DNA from: Vicugna vicugna
Lineage: Eukaryota
Length of the DNA: 60,000 nucleotides
Assembly: GCA_013265495.1 (NCBI GenBank)
Contig: MU057887.1
Span: 3,135,576 to 3,195,575 of the forward strand
Reading direction: 5' to 3'
Positions 22,545 to 33,140 of the stretch are shown piece by piece (the stretch's first letter is position 1; the number at the start of each line of letters is the position of its first letter). A program made the position numbers and the translations under genes. The notes below the pieces were generated by a model. That model did not search any database, was not told where the DNA came from, and saw only the letters and a list, made by a program, of their open reading frames with translations.

Positions 22545-24700
22545 GTCCTGACGACCAGAGATACATGCAAAGGGTAATGTATTTTGGCCAAGTTAAGATT
22601 ATCCCAGAAATGAAAGATTGATTTAATATTTTTAAAAATCGACCCATGTAATTCACCGCCTTAACAGAATAAAGAAGAAAGCCAATGATTGACCCAATAT
22701 TTCATAAAAATTGTTCAATGAAATTTAAAGTCTATATACAACCAAAACTTACAGCAAACAGGGCACAGAAAGAACCTCCTTCATGTCACAAAGGACACCC
22801 ACCAAAAAGCCAACGGCAGAGATTACACCCAACGGTGGAAGGGTTTCCCCTAAAATCAGGCCCGAGACACGGTCTCCACCACCACCACCACCACCACTGC
22901 TCACGTTCCAGCATCGTCCTGGAGACTCTCAACCGTCCCAGTAACAGAAAGACATGTATAGAAATTGAAAGCAAGGAAGTGGAATTACCCTTACTTGCGG
23001 GTAACACGATCATGAGTGAGGATGTCCGAGGGAGTCTAGGAACAGATCATGAGAACTAGTTTGCAGATTTAGTGAGGTCAGTGTAATATTTCCATACACA
23101 AGTGACCAACAATTAAACAATGAATTTTTAAATTACCGTTTACAATAGCATCAACAAATCAAAACCTGCGTGACAGATGTGCATGACATCCGCCCTAAAA
23201 ACCCACAAAACCTGCTGAGAGAAACTGCGGAGGCTCTGAGTGAATATGCGGAAGAACCACGTTCGTGGACTGGAAGGCGCAGTATTGTCGGCTCCACTCG
23301 TGCTGATCTGTAAATTCATTGTGATTCCATTTAAGACTCCTGTGTAGTTTCTTGTCAAAACGTACGAGTTGATGTTCAAATTGATAGAGAAAAATCAGAG
23401 GACACACAGGCACCAAGAGCCCCAGATTCCAGGGCTCTCTGTGTTGTCCCCGCGGGGCCATGGAGACCCGCGGGGCCATGGAGACCCACGGGGCCATGGA
23501 GACCCGCGGAGGAGGGTGGGGGACGGGAGGAGCGCCACGTGCGCAGTCGTTTGGTTCTGACAAAACGCCGGGGACGTGCCGGGGGAGGAAGGGGCCATCT
23601 CTCTTTCTCAAACGATTTGCTCCCTTGGAAAAGAACAAATCTCCACTCCTGGAGATTTAAACGACCATTTCCCTAAACGTAAAAGCAAAAACTCTCAATC
23701 TTTCATAATTACATGACCTTGAGGTAGGCAGCAACTGCTTAACCAGGACACTAAAATCCTAACTATGCAGGTTTTATTTTTGAAATTTGATAAATTGGAC
23801 TTAAAACAGAAAACTTTTTGCTTCTCACATTAAAAAGGTGAGCCGTCTGACTTTTCACTCCGAGGGCGGATGTTCAGTCTGTACCTGAAGAAGAAAGCAC
23901 TCAGACCACGTACAGGGCGCCTGCCCGCCTGTGGGAAAAGACGGTCGGTGTGAAAGTGCAGACAGAAGGCCCCCCGAGCTCTTCACTGCGGAAGATGCTC
24001 ACGTGGCTGAGGGCAGCTACCGGGGGCTCAGGATGAAAACCAGTCAGAAAGACAAAGATTAAAACCACAAGACAGGACGGTTCACCCACGAGGACGGCTC
24101 GAGCTAAAGTGACTGGAGACACCAAGCTTCAGCAAGGACGTGGAGGGGCCGGGACGCCACACCGGGGGAGGGGGCGCGGGCGACCGTGTTGGAAAGCTGG
24201 CGGCGTTCCCTGGCAAAGCCAGGCCCCTCCCCCGCGGACCAGGGCCCCGCAGTCAGGGACGTGCCTCCAGAGACACAGATATTCACAGCAGCCTCTGTTT
24301 ACAAACCTCAAAACCCAAAAAAGCTCCGGTCAGTGAACAGGACCAGAGACACGGAAGCCGGCGCGCTCACGCCGGCACAGCCCGGGCGGAGCGGGAAGGG
24401 GCCGGCGCGCACAGAGGCTCCAGCGCGAGACGCGAGGGAAGCCAGGCCGGGCGGGCACTGCCCAGCGTGTGTGCACCTCTGACTTGTGTGGTTTACTGCA
24501 TTCAAAGCACGCTGCAGTTTTTAAAAGAGATAACAGCCTGTAAATGTACCAAGATGTTACCGTGCTCTTCAGGCAGAAGACAAACCTCAAAGCTAACTGA
24601 GACGTAAACAGTGACGTGCACTCAATCAGGGAAGCGTTTTCTGCTTTCTCTTTTTCTGTACCTTCCAGTTTTCCTTCAGTGATTATGCCTTCACTTTAAA
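22545..24700 (+). mobile_element. L1M ORF2 (RT region to 3' end), fragmented
   Basis: ttatcccagaaatgaaagattgatttaatat...atgtaattcaccgccttaacagaataaag, gaagggtttcccctaaaatcagg, gaaagcaaggaagtggaattacccttacttgcgg, ccgtttacaatagcatcaa, gattaaaaccacaa...caaggacgtggag are all collinear sense L1 ORF2 motifs. Confidence 0.85.
23449..23509. repeat. 18-bp minisatellite (cccgcggggccatggaga) x~3.4
   Basis: Direct inspection; the third unit has one substitution. Confidence 0.95.
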
Positions 24701-24924
24701 TTCACTTTTAAAATTAAGAAAAAGGGCCTGTGTATGTAAATACGTATGTATTTACAAGAGTTGGTATTTTGTGATGGAGTGGCATTTTAATGTTTATGTC
24801 TTGAAAAATCAAATTCAGTAAGTAAGTGTGATTCAGGCACACAGGCACCTCCTAGCCGTCCCTTCCAACCAGCCTCCCGGGTTAACAGACCCCAGCCCGG
24901 TCTTCTGCGTGGTGTGACTAACCT

Positions 24925-25437
24925 CACGAGCACAGTGGCCGGGCTCTCCACTGGGGTCTCACAAGGCTGAAATCGAGGTGCCTGTGGGCTGTGGTCCACC
25001 TGGAGCGTGGGCTCCTCTTCCAGGCCCGTTCAGGGACTGGCAGAACTCGGTTTCCTGGGATGATGGTGCTTGGGTCCCAGATTTCCTGCTGGCTGTAGGC
25101 CAGGGTTGGCTCCCAACAGCTAGAGGCCACTCACGTCCTGGCCGCAAGCCTCCCTCTGCTCAGATGAAGCATGGAGCTCGGCCACCGGCTTCCTGCAGGC
25201 TCTGACAGCTCATCTTCTTTCCAGATGCTCCCCTGATTAGGCCAGGCCCACCCAGGTCAGCTCCCTTTCAACTAACTCAAAGTCAGCTGCTTAGTAACTA
25301 ATCACTGGAGGGACACCCCATCATATCCAGCCCCTCCCCCCACACACGCAGACGAGGGGAAGAGATGATTCAGGTGGTATACACTGCAGCGGGGGCAGGG
25401 ATCTTGGGGTCCCCTGAGAATCCTGCTCGTGTAGACA
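24925..25437 (-). mobile_element. MLT1 (E/F/G-like) MaLR LTR
   Basis: ggtctcacaaggctgaaatcgaggtg, ttcctgctggctgtaggccagg, cctgattaggccaggcccacccagg, taactcaaagtcagctg, and terminal ggatcttggggtcccctgagaatcctgc. Confidence 0.85.
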
Positions 25438-28406
25438 TCATGTTGAAATAGGCGCCTTTCCTACACGTACACGCACGAAGCCTCTGCAAAGCCGCGGGCC
25501 CAGAGCCACGACAGCTGAGGGCCTGCGGCGCCTCCCGTGTGAGTGAGGCTCAGGATTCAGGGGCTCTCATCTGCCTGCAGGTTAGCCACCCCCATCTCAG
25601 GCCCCCCGGAGCTGCATGAGCCTGCGTCCCAGAGGTGTGCGTCCTCACCTGGCACCTGAGGACAGGTGCCTCCCTCCCACTCGATCGGGGAGAGGCTGTG
25701 CAGAGGGAGGCTATCCCAGCTGGGTCTCTGCTCCCGGCAGTCCTGGTAGAGAGCGAGTGATGGATAACGCGGTGGGGTGGCGCCAGGGATACTGAGGAGC
25801 TAACGTCTGTGGTTTGGGAAAATCCTCCTGGAATGGAGGGCCTCGGGACACAGAGGGAGGTGATGGAGCTGGCCTTCTGGGTGGGCACAGCGGCCAGGGT
25901 GAGAGGGATGTCCAGGCAGGACGCACTGGGGGCCACCCAAGGAAAGGTGGGCGAGGGGACCGGATGCACTCAGGGTCACGAAAGTCCTGCATAACCGTTT
26001 GGATGTCAGGTGTTCAGCGAACAGAAGCCAGGAGGGGCCCCAGAGCTGGTGGGAGCGGGCAGGGCTGGTGCTGTGGGCTTGGTCCCCAGCCTGGGGGTGT
26101 CTGGGGGGAAGGGCCTGCATCCTGACCCCACCTTCTGCCTTCCGCCCCCAGCAGCTGGGGCCTGGGACGGGGGAGGTAGCGGACGGCAGGAGGGCACATT
26201 TCTGGCTTTGCCGGGACATCCTGACCAGGCATAGGTGTCCAGTGTCCCCGGCTGGCTCGGTTGGAAGCAAATCCTCGTGGACAGGAGCTCAGGCAAGGTA
26301 GGGACTTGATTTAGGAACTGCAAACAGATCTTGGTAAGCCGGAGAAAATGACCGATTCCTGCTACCATAGTAACAGAGCCCCTGGTGGGAAGCCCAGAGG
26401 GGCGACCAGAGGCCAGCCGCAATTACCCTGGTCTTGTTTTCTTCCATAGAGATGCTTCTGCCGCTGCTTTTAACCAGTTCCCAGCCCGGCTGCGGTGGGG
26501 GTGGGGGCGGTGCCGAGCCCAGACTGAGGGCTTCCTCCAGGGCCACGGGTGGGAACGGGCCCCACTGCCCACACCAGCCTGCGACATTCCAGCCCAGTCT
26601 GAGTCCCCTCCACCGAAACCCTTCTGTGCTAGCTGGGTTCTCCGCTGGCCCCCTGCTGGGCTGCCCCTGGTCCCGGCAGGTCCAGGCCCTTCCTGCACCA
26701 TATGCACCCTCACCCGCCGCCCAGGCACCCACCCACCCCGCGGGCGCGCCGTCTTTCCGAGGCCTGGTGCCTCATCTGTGTCCCGGTGCACAGCTGTAGC
26801 CAAGCTGGGGGAAAGCGGCTCCAGGGGGACAGCGGAGAACTCATTTTTATCAGGAAATCCACAGGCTCTGATCAGGCTCCGGAAACCACAGTCAGTCCTC
26901 AACCGGCCTGAACGGGTGCCGGGACCTGCCCGTAAGGAGGGGAGGTGCCTCAGGGCAGGGGCGGTTGCCAGTTCAGTTGAAGAGCGGTGGGCTTGGAGTC
27001 GAGGCGGCAGCTCGGGCCTGAGGTTCAGGGACGGCGTCCGAAAGGTGCGGTGAAGCCAGCCGGGGAGCAAAAGGGCCCAGCCTGCCAACAGTGCCCCACC
27101 CAGCGCGGCCACCGCAGACACCAGAGCTCGCAGAGCTAGGGCCAAACAGAGAAGGCTCCCTTGCCGGTCCCAGGGCCACGCGTGTCCCCGGGAAGCAGAA
27201 TCCGGGTGCTGGTGAGTGTCAGAGGCATCCGGAGCTCAGGGCTCTGCTGGGCGGCGGGAGAGCTGGCGCCTGCCCTCGGGGAAGTTCGTGGTGTTATCTG
27301 CTGCCTTTCAACATGCCGTACGTTCTGGCCCTGCAGTCCTCCTCCTCGGAAGCACCCAAGTAACCGCTCGCCAAGAGATGCAGCTGAGACTGCGGGCGGC
27401 AGCCCATCCACAGTGAGAACCCAGGCCATTCAAACGCATCTTCAAATAAAGAAGCATTTCATTAAAGAGGACGACAGGGAAGTCAGGTCAGGGCGGTGGC
27501 TTCAGGGCCCGAAGAGGACTTGAGTGTCAGGGCATGGCCAGGTCCTCCTGAAAGTCAGAGCATTTGAGATGAGGCCCTGTCACTTGTCACTTCAGCCCCT
27601 GGACATCCAGGGCCTGGTGACAGAGAGTGGGTCCCCGCCAGGAGCTTCCAACTGAAGACAGGAGGCTGTTCCAGGTTCAGGGCCCTGTTGCAACCAGAGA
27701 GATGGCAAAGGAGGCCCTGGGAAGGGCAGTGTCCCCACTCAGTCCCTGGACACCTCCTTTCCAGGGGTCCGGCTTGCCCCACCAGCCTCCATCCCACCGT
27801 GTGAAGCTTGGGACAGAACAGAGCTGCTGGGGTGACCTTCCATGGGTATCCTGCTGCCCAGGGCTCGAGCCAGCTGAACATCCCGCCGGGGGCCTTGGAG
27901 ACAGAGGGCAGTGATGCCCCCGTCCAGTGGGGCATGTGGTGTAGCTTCAGCAGGGGAGGCTCCCTCTGGGTCCTCTGCTCCTCCCCTGAGTAGAGAGGTC
28001 GGGAGTGGAGACCGGTGAGTGACCACCTGCAGAGGGGTTTTTCCCGAATTCCCTGAGATCGTGCTCAGGGAGAGACGCTGGTTTGGCCTCTGATCGGCTG
28101 GACCTGGAGTGGCTTCCCCTTCGCTTAAAGTTCAAACTCTCAGGCCCCTGGGCAGCTTTTCAATAATCTGTGCCGGATCTGGTGGCCAACATGAGTGGCA
28201 GCCTGGGGCTGGGTTCCCCCACAGAAGGGGGCCCGGTGGAGAAAGCACGGCCCAGCCCTGCTGCCGCCCCGCCCGAGGACAGTCCTCGTCCAGTCCGGCT
28301 CCTCCTCTCCTGCTCTTTTGCTTCAGAAAAAGGACAGAATTTCCCATAGTTCTCACGGTGGTGCCCAGATGGAACCATGCCCCTCGGGCCCTCGCCTGCC
28401 CCCCAC

Positions 28407-28421
28407 CCCCCAGAGGGCGCT
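28407..28421 (+). promoter_or_regulatory. Candidate CTCF site
   Basis: cccccagagggcgct matches core CCASYAGRKGGCRC at 13 of 14 positions. Motif match only. Confidence 0.3.
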
Positions 28422-29554
28422 TTCCCGGCGCTGGGACCAGGAGCTCGCGGCAGGGATGCAAACAGCGGCAAATGCAGATGTCACACAGCGCGCCGCTAAT
28501 TACCAGCAACGTGTAGGAGCAAATTGAGAAATGATGGATTTAATAAATTCCTACATTTTTTGTTTACACCAACAGCGATTTGGGTGCGGGAGGGTGGGGA
28601 CGTGCCCGGCATGCGGAGCTGCACCTGCCTCCCTGCCGCCTCTGCCGCCTTCGGGGGCTGAGCAGACAGGAGAGCAAATGGATAATTGCATTTCCTCCCC
28701 ACGTGTGGCCACGGGGACGTTTTTAAGGAGGAGGCAGCATGGAATCCTGTTTAACCTCAGACAGCTACACGGCGCTAGGGGAGCAGCTCGGTGCGCGGTG
28801 AATCGCAGCTGTCCAGCCTCACCGGGCGCTGGCCAGGCCCCACGAGGCTGAGGGACCAGCTCTGTCTGGGGAAGAATCCAGCTGCCCTGGAGGACATCAG
28901 TGGGAACTGGCTGCTGATCAGAGTCGTGCTCGGCTGGGAAGACCCCGGTCCAGCCCTCCCTCCGCCCACCACCGGGCGCGGCTGAGCCAGCCTGAACCTC
29001 TTCCAGGCCCTCCTGAGTCCCTAATTCGGTGCGGAGGCCCCAGGCCAGGGGCCCCAGAGGGCTCGGGCCTTCCTGCTAAGGCGTCTCCTGGGGCAGCCAG
29101 AGAGAAAGGGGGCTGAGAACTGGCCTTTGAGCCTCACGAGAGGAGAGGCCACGGCCTCCCCGCGCACCACAGGGAGCCCCGCACTCCCGCGAGGCCAGGC
29201 ATCTCACCAGGGCCAGCTCTGACCCCAACCTGTGTCTCCTTCCCCGGGTCCCCCCAGGCTCCTGGCACCCCGGTCTGGATGTTTGGGGCCGTCAGTGCGG
29301 CTTCTCGGACGCGTGGCCTGTGTGTGTCTCCCCCTCCCCCTCCAGGCCCCTGACACAGCACACACAGGCCCCAGGCCCCCACCAGGTTCACGGAACCCCG
29401 CACGCCGGCTGCTCCACCCTGCACGGGCGCGGCCCCACCACCAGGCCGTCCTCCTGGGCTGCCCACTGACCGACAGACGCGCCTCGGTCCCAGCGAGGCT
29501 TAGTCCCTCTCGGGTAAAGGAGCCCTGCTGCGCCCCCTGCAGGCAGAGAAGCAC

Positions 29555-29640
29555 CCGAGTCCTGGGGTGGAGCCCAAGTCCTCAAATGAAGCCCGGTGTC
29601 CTGGGATGGAGCCTGAGTCCTGGGGTGGAGCCCGGTGTCC
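29555..29640. repeat. Degenerate ~19-21-bp tandem repeat (gtcctggggtggagccc)
   Basis: Four diverged units visible. Confidence 0.7.
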
Positions 29641-31643
29641 AGCGTGTCTCCTCCCTCCGCTTGGCGTCAGAGTCCCAGGGCCCAGTTAGCATTCCAGGCG
29701 CCAGGCCACGGCTGACAGCGGCGGCTCAGCACAATTTACAGCCTTATTTCCTGTTACAAACTTGACTTCAGAGATGATGAACGGGGCGCAGGTCCCCAGC
29801 TGCAACATCGCCCTGCCCAGGGGCCGAGCACACTGCCCTGCTCAGACCCGCGTCCGGAGATGCCTGCGCCCGGAGATGCCTGCGCCCGTCCTGGGCACCT
29901 TGGCCCCGCCTCCTGGTCCCAATGGCTGCTCCCGTCACCACTGCGGGGCCCAGCCCAGCGCCCAGGGAACAGCGCTCCTAGAACAGCAGTGCCCGCGCCC
30001 CCACCCGGCTTCTGTCTGTCCGAGCACTGTGCCCACAGTAAGCAGCCCCTCCTGCTGGGACCTCTGGGGGCGGGACCCTGCCACCCCCTCAGGGGCAGCG
30101 AAGCTCCGAGATTATGAGGCTGGAAGCAGAGGCTTGGCCCAGCCCGTGGGGCTCAGCTGGGAGGTACCTGTGGGGCCAGCGGGCCAGCCCCCTGTCCCAG
30201 CACACAGCACACAGCACACAGGTCGTCAGGTCAGCAGCTGCTAGTGATCGTCCAGGAGCGCGTCGGACCAGTGAACGGAGGCGTGGATCCCTGAGACGCG
30301 AGTTCACCTCTTCCTGGTTCCGCCCCACACCGAGTCCGCTGGATTTCCGGGGCCATTACCGGGGTCCGGTGTGTGCCATGCGCACAGCACTGAGGGGGCC
30401 GAGGTGGAGTCTGGGGGCTTGTCCACAGAGCCCCTGCCCTGGGTGTGGGGGCCAGAGCTAAGGTCCGATCAGGGGATGCTCAGGGAGCTTCCGGAACCAG
30501 GCGGAATCTCCCTGGTGGAGGAGGCTTTGGTGTGGAACACAGGGACCCCAGAGGGAGGGGGCCGGGGGGAGAGTCCCCCGGAGCTTCTTCAGGGATGGAG
30601 GGAGAGGCCAGGGCCGGGGGAAGGGGCGAGGGCTGCCTGGAGGAGGAGGAAGGTGATTAGAGCCTGGCAACCGAGCCCTGCACACGGCAACTTGGGCCTG
30701 GGCCCGGCCTGGAGGGCCCTGCACACTGTGGAGACCAAGGAAGCTGTCTGTCCAGTGCCTGGCCAGGTTCCCAGGTCAGACCCTGACGCCCAGACAAGCG
30801 GCCGTCAGAGCTGGGAGGCGAGGTTGAGAGTAGCAGGTGGAAACGGGGAAGGAGGATGCCATCTGCCTCCCCCCACCAGCTCTCTGCACCCCCTGCTGGG
30901 CAGGTATAGGGGGCTGGGCGGAAGGCCAGGGGACCCTGACCTCCCGCTCTGTCAACACCCCCTCCCCCACGTCTGGTTCCAGCTGGTGACTCTGGGAGAC
31001 ACCGGCTCAGGAAGCAGGCTGCCCCCACGCAGCTCTGCGCACTCACCTCCCCAGGGCCCTGTTCGCCTGCCACCTGCCGCTCAGGTGAAGCCGGCCGGTG
31101 TGCTACGTGGGGTCCCCTCTCCCTCCTCTGTCAGAGAGGTCAAGGCCGTCGGGGTATGAGGGTGCTCAGGGCTGGGCAGCTGGGGTGATGTTCCCTCCTC
31201 GGGCTCCTGACCCCTGACCCCAGGAGGACAACTTCCTGACCACAGAGGCCAATACGGTCTGGAGCCCAGAGGAGGGACCAGGCTGGGGACACAGATGGTG
31301 GAGCCCGAGCCACACAGGTGGGGGCCCCGTCTCCCTCCCCCGGCATCCCATCTCACAACTCTGGGAATTCGGGCCAGCGTCTTGGAGGATGGGTCACAGA
31401 ACGTGCCGGCCCGCCCCAGGCAGGGTACCATCACCGCCCCCCTCACAGGGGCGGTGCACCCCCCACCCCGACCCAGGCCTTCGGGAGCAGGGCCTGGGCC
31501 ATCCATCTGAGTTTTAATTTGGAAATTAGACAGTGTTCACATTCCATTATGTGGCTGAATTAGTTGCCAAAGCCAGGGGAGCCGGCGAGAGTGCAGGGTG
31601 AGCTATGGCTTCATTAATCAGGGGAGACAGCAGTGGAAGCTGC

Positions 31644-31711
31644 GAGGCCAGCAAGGTCATTGGAGGAGGGCAGAGGCCAGCAAGGTCATTGGAGGAGGGC
31701 AGCGGCCAGCA
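31644..31711. repeat. 29-bp tandem repeat x~2.3
   Basis: gaggccagcaaggtcattggaggagggca at 31644 and 31673, partial at 31702. Confidence 0.95.
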
Positions 31712-32789
31712 GCCTCTGGACTGGGTATCGCCGGTCCCCCGGGCTCCACCCGGGCTGCGAGCTCCTGTCCCCAGAAAGCCCGTCTGGCCTGCCCCCTGCT
31801 GCCCGGCGCCTGGGCACCAGGGGACCCCTGCGCACCAGCTGGACTGTCTCTTGCACATTCCCTGATACCAGGCTCCCGTGTGAAAGGGGCAGGCAGGCCA
31901 TGTGGGGGAGGGCTGGGCCAGGTCCCGGCAGAGGCGGAGGTCTTCCCGTGCCGTGGACGAGGGTGCGGGGTCTCGGGCTCACGCGGGTCTGGCACAAGCC
32001 TCCCCCCACTGCTGCCCCCACCACTACTGCTTGCCCCAAGTTTGGGGCTGTGGGCTGAGGGGCTGTGTGTCAAGATGGGCTGGCTCAGGGACAGCGGAGG
32101 AGAGACACAGGCTCAGAGGAGAAGGCCCAGTGAAGACAGAAAGAGATGGACGTTGTGGCCACGAGCCAGGAGCACCTGGGAGAGGCGGGAAGGACTCTCC
32201 CTGCCGACACCGTGACCTCAGACTTCCGGCCTCTGGACTGTGAGAGAGTGTCTGCGGTCCTAAGCCACCCGCCGCCCCCCGCCTGCAGTCGTGTGTCAAG
32301 ACAGCCCCAGGAGGTCTTCCCACGCCCCCCGGGGTCTGCTATCCCCGACGCTGACCACTGACCCTCTGCAGAAGGGGCCCCACGCCCCGGAGCAGGGGCC
32401 CCACACAGGCCGGGCACAGCGGCAGACCCGGAACACCGGCTGCCTCCCCCGAAGTCAGGACCGCGTGGGAGGGGTGAAGGCCGCCTGCAGGTACCAACAA
32501 GCTGAGCCAAAAGCCAGGGCCTGGTCACCTGCCCCCTGTAGCCAGTCCCTGTGGCCAGAGACCCGGGCATGCCCACCTCGCTGAAGCCACGTGGCTGAGA
32601 GTGAAGGGAGGCCCAGTGGAGCGCCTGTCACCGCAGGACGGCGGCCGGAGGCAGCGGGGGCCCCCGTCCACAGCAGCCCCATGTCTGCAGAATCAGAATT
32701 AGGCCTCCGGGCCTCCCGTGAGCGCACCGCCCTACGGCTTCAGAGGCCAGTTTCAATTTCTTCCTTAAAATGTATCAAAGTTTCTGTTT

Positions 32790-32930
32790 GACGTGAGGAA
32801 GCTGTGGAGCTGGATGGTGGGGAAGGTCACACAGCCTTGTGAGTGTATTTAATGCCACCAACTGAACCCTTAAACATGGCTAAAACGGCAAATGTTACAT
32901 TAATATACATATATTTTATCATAACGAGAA
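32790..32930 (+). mobile_element. L1MB-like 3' end
   Basis: tggagctggatggtggggaaggtcacacagccttgtgagtgtatttaatgccaccaactgaacccttaaacatggctaaaacggcaaatgttac. Confidence 0.8.
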
Positions 32931-33069
32931 ATGTATTGAAGTCACATATGCACGTGGCCGAAGAACAAAAACTGAAGGGGCATCGCGCACCTGGCAGCGC
33001 CCTGCCCGGCAAGAGCTGCTCAGGGGCTTGCATCCCGGGACCCCCAGGGCCTCTCCCAGGGCTCAGCAC

Positions 33070-33140
33070 ATGGTGGTCCACCCGGCCCCCACCTGTCTTT
33101 GTAAATAAAGTTTTATTTACAGCCACGGTCGTTCTCCACC
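33070..33140 (+). mobile_element. MER58-like DNA transposon fragment
   Basis: ccggcccccacctgtctttgtaaataaagttttatttacagccacg matches the MER58A core. Confidence 0.7.

Noticed and set aside
23449..23509. Short direct repeats as a CRISPR-like array (also 29555-29640, 31644-31711)
   Set aside because: Head-to-tail units without unique spacers in a mammalian context; these are minisatellites.
26423..27145. 240-aa minus ORF with signal-peptide-like N-terminus (MALALRALVSAVAALGG...)
   Set aside because: Start codon is TTG, the downstream composition is typical GC-rich noise, and there is no recognisable domain.
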